DNA of 64,000 nucleotides, taken from positions 14,756,001 through 14,820,000 of the forward strand of contig CM120645.1 in the NCBI GenBank assembly GCA_051362555.1, written 5' to 3'. The position numbers and the translations under genes are program-made. Every line of letters begins with the position of its first letter. Within the stretch, counting starts at the first letter, position 1. Below, piece by piece: positions 49,701-62,852 of this stretch. The notes beneath the pieces are model-generated. The model did not search any database. It was not told the origin of the DNA and saw nothing but the letters and a program-made list of their open reading frames with translations. This DNA is from Lingula anatina. Its lineage: Eukaryota; Animalia; Brachiopoda.

Positions 49701-52700
49701 GATGGTGCTGTTGATGCAGGTGTGACTGAACAAGAGATGGTGTTTTGTAGAGTCTTGGATACTGTTTACCCTAGAAACCTTTCTCATAGCAGACAAATTC
49801 TGGAACAATACTTTTTTCAAGTATTAAACAGGATGGGCTTTGACCCACAAGACTTCCACTGAGAGTGGCCTGCATTTAAAGAGCACATAGATAGGTGGCA
49901 TGTTTATAGTGAATAAAAGTAAAGATATGTGTATGGATTTGTTTCAAGGCTAGGAGACCAGACAAAGATTAGAATACATACAATAATGCTAATTGAAATT
50001 GCCTTGTTCACCCTGTCCACTTCACAGGTGGAGAGAGGATACAGTGCTCTCTAAAGAATCAAATCTGACTGGAGGTCATGTTTGGGGATTATTATGCTTA
50101 AGTTAACCAAATTTTGACAGCAGTTTTATAGGGGCCAAGTTTTGATGATCATTTAGTCAAAGAATCTATCAACCACTGGGTGGCAGGGTGACACTCTGGG
50201 AAAACGGCCCAATTTTGAACTTGAAAATTGATTTAGTTTTCTGATTGTCATATCCAGCAGGTAAATGACCTGGCCATTGAAGGTTCTAAGGAAATAAAAA
50301 AATTGAAACATACTCTATACTGAAGTTTTCTTTTTTTTTTTTAATTTTTAATGCATTTTACTTTGTTATGTATTTAATTACAAATTATATTCAAGAATTT
50401 TCAACCGGGGATGATCTTAATTGTATGTCAGTTTTGGCAAAGGTAATATTCATAACTTGCTGGGGCAGGTGCTTCTCCTGCCTTCAGAATAGACAGATCA
50501 AGTTGGCCAACGAGTTTATTGGAACCTTGTTATCTGCTTTAATTTTAAAGGCAAAAAGTTTCCAAAAAACTTTTAACAAGGTCAGTGCATATTCATGAGG
50601 CTGAATGAACATTTCCCAGGAACAGTGCTTTAAGGACATGAATTTTAAATGTTTACTTAGTTTTGTTTATCACACAGATTTCAATATTTTGCATTTTTAA
50701 AAACAGAAATGTAAATTTTAAATAGATTAGGGATATTTTTAAAAATTATAATTGGAAGGGTCTAATTTTAAATAGTTTAATATGTAAGAGACAAAAATAG
50801 TACTAGTAAATAGAAATAAATCTTGAGCAGTAAAATAAGAGAACAAGGCAGAAGTGCAGATCTTAATATAATGATTAAACCGGTGTTGAATGATTTTTTA
50901 TCAAAACCCTTTCAGGCTTTAAAAAGTACAACCTGGTCATAGGCCAGTACTTCTTTGTAAATATTTATTCAATTAAAAAATCTTGTTTTATTTATAACTA
51001 GATCTAGCAATATCTTTCTATATTGGTCAAAATTCACACTGGATTTCTTGTGGATTGGATCATGTTTTAAGAATGAAGTATATAACTCTTGGAATATTCT
51101 GGCGGTATATATATTTTATATATTTTTTTATATATATTATATATATATTTTTTATATAAATAGAATATTTAAGAAAACTTGTAGTCTTGCTAGGTCGGGC
51201 CAGTGCTTCAGGTTGGTCACGTGACGCTATAAATTATGATGAAAATGGGGTTCCATTTTTGTCGTCGTTTTGGAGATGCTATATTTCCCCACACAAAATG
51301 GGCAAAATTGTAGGAGACATACCTTATGATATATCATTTAAAAGTTTATGATTTCGTCTTTCTGAAGAATATAAATGTTTGATAATATTTCGCGTTTCCT
51401 GCGATACATAGTCACAGTAACCTACTGCACTTGAAAAAATCGGTTTTGCCAACTTTTACACCGACTTCACGGGATTATCAACACTTTGCCAACCAGATGG
51501 GAGCCGAACGCAACATATATTTTATATCAATACGAAGCCCACTTGTTTAGCTTTTAGAATTTATATAAAACGCTGGTGATATAAACATTATAGCAATTTT
51601 GTTATAATTTAAACGCCCCAATGTTATACGCTTCAAAAATGCGAGTGTTTGGCGTCGCGTTCACCTCGCGCTTAAAAAAATGGACAAAGCTGAATTCACA
51701 AAATATATATACCGCCAGAAAGCGAGTTTAACCGGCTTTCATGATTTAGTTTTTAAAAATTTGTACAATTTAAACTTCTTATAGAAATCTTTACATATAA
51801 AATTTCGGACACCTGAAACGGGACACCATTTGCAATCACCCGCGTGGATAAATCTTCCATTTTACCGTTCTGAATCTATGTTTTATGACAACTAACCTTA
51901 AAATAGCGAATCCCTAGATATTCCCGCTTCTTTTTATATATCTATCGTTTAATCACATCAACTGTTGACAAAAATACACATGAAAATACGAAGAGCTGAA
52001 AAGTCGTCCATTTTCACTCGATTTTGCTGAAAGTAGTGCGAAAATGGCCGTCGCTTCAGACAGTGTGCACGCGCAGCTCGGAATCTGCGGACAGACTGAT
52101 CAATGTCTTCCCATAATACAATGGCAATTGTTGATGTAACAATCATCAATATCTTCCCATAATACAACAGCAATAGTTGATGTAACAATCATCAATATCT
52201 TCCCATAATACAACACCAATTGTTGATGTAACAATCATCAATATCTTCCCATAATACAACAGCAATTGTTGATGTAACAATCATCAATGTCTTCCCATAA
52301 TACAACACCAATTGTTGATGTAACAATCATCAATGTCTTCCCATAATACAACACCAATTGTTGATGTAACAATCATCAATATCTTCCCATAATACAACAG
52401 CAATTGTTGATGTAACAATCATATCTTCCCATAATACAACAGCAATTGTTGATGTAACAATCATCAATATCTTCCCATAATACAACAGCAATTGTTGATG
52501 TAACAATCATCAATATCTTCCCATAATACAACAGCAATTGTTGATGTAACAATCATCAATATCTTCCCATAAAACAAAAACAATTGTTGATGTAACAATC
52601 ATCAATATCTTCCCATAATACAACACCAATTGTTGATGTAACAATCATCAATGTCTTCCCATAATACAACACCAATTGTTGATGTAACAATGATTATTGC

Positions 52701-55700
52701 CTTCCCATAATACAACAGCAATTGTTGATGTAACAATCATCAATATCTTCCCATAATACAACAGCAATTGTTGATGTAACAATCATCAATATCTTCCCAT
52801 AAAACAACAACAATTGTTGATGTAACAATCATCAATATCTTCTCATGATACAACACCAATTGTTGATGTAACAATCATCAATGTCTTCCCATAATACAAC
52901 GGCAATTGTTGATGTAACAATCATCAATATCTTCCCATAATACAACAGCAATTGTTGATGTAACAATCATCAATATCTTCCCATAATACAACACCAATTG
53001 TTGATGTAACAATCATCAATATCTTCCCATAATACAACACCAATTGTTGATGTAACAATCATCAATGTCTTCCCATAATACAACACCAATTGTTGATGTA
53101 ACAATCATCAATGTCTTCCCATAATACAACACCAATTGTTGATGTAACAATCATCAATATCTTCCCATAATACAACAGCAATTGTTGATGTAACAATCAT
53201 ATCTTCCCATAATACAACAGCAATTGTTGATGTAACAATCATCAATATCTTCCCATAATACAACAGCAATTGTTGATGTAACAATCATCAATATCTTCCC
53301 ATAAAACAACAACAATTGTTGATGTAACAATCAACAATATCTTCCCATAATACAACACCAATTGTTGATGTAACAATGATTATTGCCTTCCCATAATACA
53401 ACAGCAATTGTTGATGTAACAATCATCAATGTCTTCCCATAATACAACACCAATTGTTGATGTAACAATCATCAATGTCTTCCCATAATACAACAGCAAT
53501 TGTTGATGTAACCATCATCAATATCTTCCCATAATACAACAGCAATTGTTGCTGTAACAATGATCAATGTCTTCCCATAATAAAACAGCAATTGTTGATG
53601 CAACAATCATCAATGTCTTCCCATAATACAACAGCAATTGTTGATGTAACAATCATCAATGTCTTTCCATAATACAACAGCAATTGTTGATGTAACAATG
53701 TCTTCCCATAATACAACTGAACAGCAATTGTTTTATGTCACAATGATCAATGTCTTCCCATAATACAACAGCAAATGTTGATGTAACAGTCATGGTAAAT
53801 ATCTTCTCATAATACAACAGCAATTACTGATGTTACAATACTCTGCTTATTCCCATAATACAGCAGTATTTGTTGATGCATCATGTTTAATATGTTTTCA
53901 TAATACAATAGCAATAAATAATAACAGTAGCAATTGTTAAATTTATAAATCAATGTAATTACAGCTCCCTTTACCCAGTTGCAATATCATGAATACAAAG
54001 AAATATCATCTTTGTCAATATAATATTTTATCCACTTTAATCCTTCCTATCCACTGAGCACTGAATCTTTTCTTAATAAAAATACATAGACCTACCTTGT
54101 TGCTTTTCATAGGCACTTTGCTCATTAATTTCTCCAGCACATTTGTTGTCTTAGGTTTCCCCCCAGATTCTGGACCACTTTCTTCTGGCTTCTCAGATAC
54201 ATCTGCAAGTCAGTGAAAGAAATGAGTGACATTTTGACAAATACGTTACAACTGCTAAATAAAATAAATCCTTAAACAAAACAAGGCAGCAAAGCTGTCA
54301 AATGTACAGACAAAAAACAGAAAAAAAAAAGATGCAAAAGAGGTCATTTTGTCAATTTTGATGCAACAATAAATAATGCTTATAATAGCAGTCAGTCAAC
54401 ACTGATTTTTCATTATGCACAACAGGTAACATGGTCAATAACAGGAGCAGATCCAGAAATATTTTTGACAGTATTCTAAAGTATCTTTATTGATCCATCT
54501 TCCATTTTGATGGTCTTCCAAAAGAAAAAAATAGATACCCATCAATATAAAAAATCTAACTGTCTTCCAGGAGACCCAGAAGATGGTCTCAATCCACCCC
54601 TTCAATAAGATTATAGTTTCATGACCATGAGAGTTAAAATTCACATGATGAAAGTCCCAATATAAGAAAAATGATGACAGTGCATAAAATAATATTACTA
54701 GTGTTTAAAGACATGAATACCAATACAACTGCTTACGTGGAAATACAGAAATTGTGCAGAGCCTCAGGTGGATGGGAAAGTCACATCTTAAAAATGCCAG
54801 TGTTGGAGAAGAAATTAAAAAGAAAACAACAAAAATATAATCTAATGAAGCTGCTATTCAGTGCTTCCTTATTATGGACACTGTTATCTAGCAGAGAGCT
54901 TAACCTTTGGGAGTTTACAGGGAAATATCAACAAGTGTGATTTATGAAATCTCATTTAATGGCCACTTAATCAGGCAAATGAGTTTATAGCACTAAACTT
55001 AGCCTAGTGAATACCCAAGGGGAATTTACAGACTGACCACACAAATTTGTCCCATAAGACACAGCTTAAGAAAAGCACAAAACAATAATGCACAAAAATA
55101 GGAGACTGCCAATTCTGATGCAATAGTACATTATGTTTAACTGCACAGTCAATATCAAATTTTAATTATGCAGAACAGGTAACAACGACGAAAGTAAAAG
55201 CATAAGGCTTCAGGTCCATCAAAGTTCAAATTTACAATTAGAAAGAGCCAGAATGAGAAAAATGAAAATTTAACACAAAATTGCATAAATTCAATGATAA
55301 ATGATAACCCAATTGAGCTGGCTTTCTAATTTGAACTGCATGCCAATCCTAAAAATCATACTTGTAAGTTAAACATAATAATAAGTAACACAGTTTTCTT
55401 TCCATAATGTTTGCAGAAGCAGTACAAAAATATTTTTGTCAATTTTGATGTAACATTACATAATAATTTATAGAATAATGATCACCAATTTTTTATTATT
55501 GACCATTCGGCTTCATGTCCATGGGAGTTCTGAGTCCCACAATGAATATGCCAAAAAGATAATAATGAATATTTCACTAAAATGTATAAATTCCAGAAAA
55601 AGAAGCCAATTAGACTGCTTTTCCAACTTTTTTTGAAAAGTTGAGTCGTAAGTAACATGATTTTCCCATAATGGTCATCATGGCAGCAACACCAAAAATT

Positions 55701-57317
55701 ATGTTTTCTTCTATTTTGATGCAACATTACATAATGTTTAACAGCATAATGACCATCAATTTTTAATAATAAAATATTAGTATCATGGATATTCAGAAAA
55801 TGTGACTAGCAAAGGTCTTCAAGCCCGTGGAGGTTCTAAGTCACACCTTGAAAATGCCAATAAATGAATAATTAAATTTTTACAAAAAACTGTTTAATTG
55901 CCAGAAAAATTTACCAAACAGACTGCATTGCCTACTGAAGCTATATTTTAGTCCCATGTATCTTTCCTGTAAGTTTGAGAACAGTGAGTGATATGATTTT
56001 CCTTAAATGATCATCATGGGAACAGTGCCCAAAATAGGGGTTTCTTCAAATTTTGATGCAATATTACATAATGTTTAACAGCATAATGACCATCAATTTT
56101 TAATAATAAAATATTAGTATCATGGATATTCAGAAAATGTGACCAGCAAAGGTCTTCAGGACCATGGAACTTCAAAGTCACATCTTGAAAATGCCAAAAT
56201 GTAAACAAGACAGCACTTTTCTGAAATGGGTTTATTTCCATTTTTAACACTTTTTTAACATAAAACAAAATTAACAATTAACTGCCATTTTTATATGACC
56301 AACTAATAAAATTGATGAGATGGGGAAAATATCAATAGAACAGTGTTAAATGTCCAATTTCCTCCATCTAAGATTCTGAACATAGTGGATGATTGAATAT
56401 GACAAATTGCAATGATATGTGTTTATTTCCAGTTTTGACACTTCATTACACAATACATGATAACAAATTTACCATCATTTTTACATGATCAACTGACAAT
56501 GTTGTAAAGATGCAGGAAATGTCAAACAAACACTTTTATGTATCTTATTAGTTCAATAATGAGACTATTAACATGCCTAAGAATTGAATCTGAGGAAATG
56601 TAAAAAAAAAGAATAACTTCTAAAATAATGGACCGATTATGCTGATTTTCATACTCAACCTATGTTTTAGTAAGATTGACCACTCTTGTGAGTAAAATGA
56701 CAATTTGCCTATCTGTTTTTCCTATATTGTATTATCAGTGTTGTATATATGCTAAAAAAATGAAAAAACAGCATAACTTCTATAAAAGTGGCTCTATCAT
56801 GCTGTTTTTCAAACTTGACCTGCGTATTATGAAAATTCATCAGTTCTGTAAGTTTCAAGCCAAAAGGTAAAATGGTATTTCACATATCGTGTTATCGGTG
56901 CTGCATATATGCTGAGAAAAGTGAAATAAAGATGCAAATAAGTGAAAAATTAAATTTTCACAAAAAACTGTTAAATTGCCAGAAAATTTTACCAAACAGA
57001 CTGCGTTGCCTATTGAAGCTGTATGTTAGACCCATGTTTCTTTCCTGTAAGTTTGAGAACAGTAAGTGACATGATTTCCCTCAAATGGTCATCATAAGAG
57101 CAGTGCCCAAAATAGGGGTTTCTTCAAATTTTGATGCAACATTACATAATGTTTAACAGCATAATGACAATCAAATGTTATTAATAAAATATTAGTAACA
57201 TGGACATTCAGAAAATGTGACAAGCAAAAGTCTTCAGTATCATGGAACTTTAAAGTCACACCTTGAAAATACCAATATGTGAAAAATTAAATTTTCACAA
57301 AAAACTGTTTAACTGCC

Positions 57318-57348
<31 letters not shown>

Positions 57349-60300
57349 CAAACAGACTGCATTGCCTACTGAAGCTGTATTTTAGTCCCATGTTTCTATC
57401 CTGTAAGTTTGAGAACAGTAAGTGACATGATTTTCCTTAAATGGTCATCATGGAAGCAGTGCCCAAAATGGGGGTTTCTTCAAATTTTGATGCAATATTA
57501 CATAATGTTTAACAGCTTAATGACCATCAATTTTTAATTATAAAATATTTGTATCACAGATATTCAGAAAATGTGACTAGCAAAGGTCTTCAGGCCCATG
57601 GAACTTCAAAGTCACGCCTTGATAATGCCAAAATGTAAACAAGACGGCACTGTTCTGAAATGGGTTTATTTCCATTTTTAACACTTTTTTTAACATAAAA
57701 CAAACATTTTACTGCCATTTTTATATGTCCAACTAAGAAAATTGATGAGATGGGAAAAGTATCAATAGAACAGTGTTAAATGTCCAATTTCCTCCATTCT
57801 GAGCTTCTGAACATAGTGGATGATTGAATCTGACAAACTGCAATGATATGAGTTTATTTCCATTTTTGACACTTTATTACACAATACATGATAACAAGTT
57901 TACCATGTTTTTTACATAATCAACTAACAATGTTGTAAAGATGCAGGAAATATCAAACAAACACTTTTAGGCATCTTATTAGTTAAATAATGAGACTGTT
58001 AACATGCCTAATAATTGAATCTGAGGAAATGTGAAAAAACAGTATAACTTCTTAAGTAATGGCCCGATTATGCTTATTTTCGAACTCAACCTGTGTTTTA
58101 GTAAGATTGACCACTCCTGTGAGTATAATTACAATTGGCCAATCCGTTTTTCTTATATTGTGTTATCAGTGTTGCATTTATATTGAAAATAGTGAAAAAA
58201 CAGCATAAATTACCTAAAAGTGACCCGATCATGCTGATTTTCGAACTTGACCTGCGTATTATGAATATTCATCAGTTCTGTAAGTTTCAAGTCAAAAGGT
58301 AAAATGGTTTTCCACTTATCGTGTTATCGGTGCTGCATATATGCTGAAAAAAGTGAAAAAACAGCATAAATTCCCTAAAAGTGACCCGATCATGCTGATT
58401 TTCGAACTTGACCTGCGTATTATGAATATTCATCAGTTCTGTAAGTTTCAAGTCAAAAGGTAAAATGGTTTTCCACTTATCGTGTTATCGGTGCTGCATA
58501 TATGCTGAAAAAAGTGAAAAAACAGCATAAATTCCCTAAAAGTGACCCGATCATGCTGATTTTCGAACTTGTCCTGCGTATTATGAATATTCATCAGTTC
58601 TGTAAGTTTCAAGTCAAAAGGTAAAATGGTTTTCCACTTATCGTGTTATCGGTGCTGCATACATGCTGAAAAAAGTGAAAAAACAGCATAAATTCCCTAA
58701 AAGTGACCCGATCATGCTGATTTTCGAACTTGACCTGCGTATTATGAATATTCATCAGTTCTGTAAGTTTCAAGTCAAAAGGTAAAATGGTTTTCCACTT
58801 ATCGTGTTATCGGTGCTGCATATATGCTGAAAAAAGTGAAAAAACAGCATAAATTCCCTAAAAGTGACCCGATCATGCTGATTTTCGAACTTGACCTGCG
58901 TATTATGAATATTCATCAGTTCTGCAAGTTTCAAGTCAAAAGGTAAAATGGTTTTCCACTTATCGTGTTATCGGTAAAAGTGCACGGCGACGGCGACGGC
59001 GACGACGACAGCGACGACGGCGACGACAGACGCAGATGATGGCTATATGTACAGACACATCTGTGTCTGTACATAATAAAAATTGCATATTTCCTAGCTA
59101 AATGAGTACCTTTTATGCCATTGCACCTGAAAAAGAAAAAAAAAAAAAAGAAAATGACAGCCAAAACCACTAATCATATGCATTACTGGTAATGTTTTTC
59201 ACAACTTTCTGCAATATGTTCAACATTTTTCCCCCTCTCAAATTTACTTATAAAGTTCTGTCACCCAGTGTGCAGTCCTCTAGGTTCAAATTGTCTTAAC
59301 TATCATGTACAACTGAAACACTGTACATCTGAAACATCAGCTAGCATAGCATTCTGAAGAATCTACTCAATTAAACAGACACTAATCACTGTCAATGATT
59401 CTATATCTAGTCCATCATATTGTAATATGTATTGCTCTGAACATCTCATTCACATAGGCTAAGCATAAAATAGCTAGCAGTAAACTTAATATCCACTCAA
59501 ATAGGTTGCATTATAAACTTAAAGTTTAGAATAAGGATAGAAAAGCCTATACACACCTACCAGTGCTGCACTTGTAATATACAGGCTACAAATATACATA
59601 TTCATATATAAATAGTTCATGGCATATATTGGAGATATGTCACGTCTTAATAGTGAGCATAACAAAACTGCCCTAATTAGAACACTTTACCCTATATAAT
59701 CATTGCAACATTTGTTGTACCTTTCTTAGAAAAGAAATTCCTCTCCAAGGAATGGTACTTGTTGTCTGTTGATGACCTTGACCTTGTCATTGGTGGGTAT
59801 CGCATCACCCCATCATAATGTTGGCCTGGAGTAAAGTAACACTTAGCGCAAAATGTCAGAGATGGGAAGGAAAGTTTTCAATTAGTTTAGGTATCAAATT
59901 CAAAAGTTTTTCTATTGCCTAAGGTTTTTATCAATCTGAATTTAATTATTTCTATATATAAAATATCTTATATATCTTTATATACAAAAATTCATATAAC
60001 CTTTGACGAAACCTGACAGATATGTTATACACTTGCAAGATTTTACAAACTATAGTCTAAATTAATTTTTCATATATCAAAAAAAAAAAAAAACATGCGT
60101 CAGGACAACATTTAAATAATACAGATTGCGATAAATTCACCCAACATGTGTGCACATGATACAACAAAAAGTGATGTATTTTGGAACAAGAAAGCAAAAC
60201 ATTTCAGGGTCTGAAAAAATGTCAGTGTCTTAAAACTGTGCCCATAAGTGCACCATTCAGGACTGAGATTAAATATTTTTTTAATATATTAAGGGAGGAG

Positions 60301-60890
60301 ACAGATATTTACTTGCATTACTTCATGTACATAGCTGAAGCCTTTAAAATTTGCAATTTATCAAGTTGTAATAAAATTTTTAATCTAGATCCTCATACTT
60401 GGAAGACTGTAAAGGATGCTGCATGCTATTTTTTTAAACATTTTTGATAAACCTTGTATGAATTACCACTAGATTAAGTCCATTATACCATTGTGAACAA
60501 TATCATAAACATCACAAAGTTATTCTTGATCTAAATAAATTCCTTTTACTTTGTACAGGGAAATTGTCATTCATGAATAATATACCTTTAAATCTATTTA
60601 TATCTACATCATTTCATTATCATTTTCATTATTATTATTTTCTCTAATTGACTGTTTAATAACAAAAAATCAATTTACACAACTACACGTAACAAATAAT
60701 GTCATTCCACTTTGTTTAGTTCCCAACATGCTAGATGCAAGAACTCACAAAATTTCTGCAACACAAAGAATTAGTTCAAATCAGAGCAGCACTGGAGATG
60801 TGAGTTAAAAAATGTGTCCTTTACCAACTAAAAGTCTAACTAATAGCCAAATCATGCTCACTAAAAATACACTCACAAATTTATACACAT

Positions 60891-60923
<33 letters not shown>

Positions 60924-62852
60924 ATAATCTACACATAGCACAACATGTACATAGTCATATATTCAAGGATTAGTAGAATAAGTAGAATTCCAAGAGGATG
61001 AAGTTCTATTAGTAAGTCATCTTATAACGGCAATAACTTATGCCAAAAAACAGCTAATAATAAACTATTCTAATATTGTGCTTTTTATAATAATCATAAG
61101 TGATGAAGCAAAAAAAAAAGCAATAATTAGTTAACTAACGTTTTTTTTCAATGTTGACAGCCATTCAACAGTATGTATTTATTCTTTTCAAAAATTTTAT
61201 AAGATTTAAAAAAAAATTTTCACATTGGCTGCTTTTATGCCAACCAATTTGGTCCACCAGAATTTATAAGGGTTAAAATAACTAAAATAGTAATTCTGTT
61301 CTTCTTTTAATGGATTCAAATAAGAGAGCAATAAACCCCAAGAAATGAACCTTATATTAAAAAAAACTTGACAAAAAATGAAATTGCAAAAATTAATAAA
61401 CATTTTAATGCTATTGTTTTCTAATGAATTTCTAATTTGAATTCAAGACTGCATGACTAAAAAGGTCTATAAGTCCATAGATAGTCCACAATTGCATATA
61501 CTTTTATATATGTTTTAACTTTTTTACCTGGGCAAATAAAATTTAAAACATGAAATTATCATTTTGCAAAAGAGGCATTGAGAAATCATAAAATATCATT
61601 TTTACATACAATGTATGTCCTTGACTCTTTCACCTGCGTAAATAAAAATAACAACATAAAAATAATCAAAAGCATTTGGTAAAAGAGGCATTGAGAAACC
61701 ATAAAATATAAAATCTGGATATACAAAAAAAAAAAAAAAAAAATCATGCAAACACCACCAGTGGCATGCACTAAACAATGAACCCGAGTCCATGAATTAA
61801 TACCTCTGGTACGTGGTAGCATGTACGCCTCAGGTGTTTTTATTGGCACCGGAGGCGGGCAGGAATATTTCTCTGCCCAAATTTTATCATCCCAACTACG
61901 CCTTTTATAACTTTTTACTGAAATGGTGGATAAATATTAAATAAAGGTTAGAAATATTGTATTTGTTTTTTCTGTGTGTGCGAATGAAATACACTGTAAC
62001 AGTAAGAATAATAATCTTGCTGAAATTTTTTTCTCAACTTCTCCTGTCACTAATACTGCCCATATAGTGCAGACATAAAAATTTAATGACATTCAGAATA
62101 TTACAAAAATTGTCATTTTTGCAAATCTATGGATTTTAGTTCTAACAGGCCTAGGTTGTCAATAAAATTGAACCAAATCCCCTACCAAGTGCAACACAAA
62201 AATACAGAAAAATATTCACAATCTTGATAACAAATAACCCTCAAAAATACTTTTCCCTCTCCTCTTTAAGCAAAAAATGATGAACCTGTGCATTTACAAA
62301 AGCCTCTATCATCCTCCATTAATGTTTCCATCAGCGCAGTTGCAAAATTATTTTTTTTAAAGTTAATATTTTTATGACACACATGTAGCTGATCAAACAC
62401 TCACACATTACCTTGAGAGACGTCCAAAAATGCTCCTTCAGACTTTGTCGGAATAGGAGGGGGTTTATCATCATCTTCACTGACCGCCCTGGCACGCTGT
62501 AATGTATTGAAATGCTAGTTTTAAATCTACACGTTCAAAATGAAATGTGTAACCCTCATATTCAAAACCAATATATTAATACACTGCCAAAAAAAGAGCA
62601 ATGCTAATTTTCAGTCATTTGTAAGGACATTATAACCATAAAAATGATTTCTAACAAAAAAAGAAAAAAACCAACAAATTTTAAACATAGTTCAGAGAAA
62701 ATACTGAAACATAATAGTAGTGAGCATTTTAGGCACTGTATAATTAATTTATCGAATATCTAACAATGTATATGACATTTCTTTTCAAATCACCTGGAAT
62801 GGCTGTTTCACCTCCGTAGGTCTGTTTTCCCTACTGCCAGGGGGGTTAACAT
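40779..62852 (-). CDS. 3' part of a PEST-family non-receptor tyrosine phosphatase (PTPN12/18/22-like); exons 62852-62794, 62496-62412, 59825-59721, 54202-54096, 44272-44206, 40849-40779
   Basis: Six small AG/GT exons join in frame: (D)VNPPGSRENRPTEVKQPFQ-RARAVSEDDDKPPPIPTKSEGAFLDVSQ-GQHYDGVMRYPP...FSKK-DVSEKPEE...MKSNK-GREPSLP...FIPFKT-EFPHRNERKPQGPRPMIGAWKLP*. The last exon matches the PEST C-terminal homology motif (F..R..KPKGPR.P...W). The catalytic domain lies outside the window. Confidence 0.75.
41291..41475. mobile_element. Degenerate relative of the 37443 palindromic element
   Basis: ctttagatcgacct ... agatcgatctaaag inverted ends; shares acagcttc.agtaggcg with the 37443 element. Confidence 0.5.
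43620..43914. mobile_element. 295-bp MITE with long TIRs, GGCC termini and 3-bp TSD (PIF/Harbinger-like)
   Basis: GGCCGCATTCACAT.GAGTTGAG.CATGGCTCTACAAAGCCACG... is inverted at the right end; flanked by TAT on both sides. Confidence 0.82.
44328..44876. repeat. 46-bp minisatellite, left part (about 12 units)
   Basis: Unit tcttcccataatacaacagcaattgttgatgtaacaatcatcaata; period 46. Confidence 0.95.
45753..46532. mobile_element. 780-bp Mutator/foldback-like element nested in the 7.2-kb element
   Basis: 9-bp TSD CACTTGTTG (45744-45752, 46533-46541); GGGT...ACCC termini; gatagatcc subrepeats in the left arm are inverted (ggatctatc) in the right arm. Confidence 0.78.
46674..49594 (+). mobile_element. 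Helentron-associated non-autonomous element (HINE/DINE-1-like) 1
   Basis: 5' subTIR TATTGTACCACCAGC with adjacent inverted copy (hairpin 46677-46706), GCCGGCTCC microsatellite, central 146-bp array, 3' subTIR GCTGGTGGTACAATA 49546-49560, hairpin GAGGCG/CGCCTC, CTAGT end. Confidence 0.85.
47680..49390. repeat. 146-bp tandem array (about 12 units) with TGACCTT motifs; 292-bp dimer structure distally
   Basis: ctccaaaactgg recurs at 47685, 47831, 47977, 48123, 48269, 48413, 48559, 48705, 48851, 48997, 49143 and 49289. Confidence 0.95.
49640..50200 (+). pseudogene. Internally deleted hAT (ZNF862-like) transposase remnant
   Basis: TIVCDGAVDAGVTEQEMVFCRV from 49689 (first catalytic D region); MLIEIALFTLSTSQVERGYSAL*RIKSDWRSCLG from 49986 (hAT dimerisation motif) with an in-frame stop. 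Confidence 0.72.
52099..53880. repeat. 46-bp minisatellite, right part (about 38 units, decaying distally)
   Basis: Same unit resumes in register after the 7.2-kb insertion. Confidence 0.95.
55700..58350. repeat. Higher-order diverged repeats: about 350-bp block x4 and about 1.44-kb duplication
   Basis: ttttgatgcaa.attacataatgtttaacagc near 55715, 56052, 57130 and 57485; 56000-56930 parallels 57435-58350. Confidence 0.8.
58190..58975. repeat. 161-bp tandem array (about 5 near-identical units)
   Basis: atgctgattttcgaactt at 58231, 58392, 58553, 58714 and 58875. Confidence 0.95.

Larger units (their letters stand above)
44877..52098. mobile_element. 7.2-kb non-autonomous TIR DNA transposon inserted in the minisatellite
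   Basis: Perfect 16-bp TIR CAGTCTGTCCGCAGAT (44877-44892) / ATCTGCGGACAGACTG (52083-52098); ATC duplicated on both sides (3-bp TSD). Confidence 0.9.
54280..59077 (-). mobile_element. HINE/DINE-1-like element 2 (about 4.8 kb) filling most of a phosphatase intron
   Basis: Terminal hairpin TATGTACAGACAC/GTGTCTGTACATA near 59046-59074, adjacent CGA/CGG microsatellite, 161-bp array, older diverged blocks; distal subTIR ATGTACAGACA at 54302 preceded by hairpin GGCAGC/GCTGTC and aacaag (CTTGTT on the minus strand). Confidence 0.7.

Noticed and set aside
44328-53880. 46-bp array as CRISPR-like repeats
   Set aside because: Head-to-tail units with no unique spacers; an ordinary minisatellite
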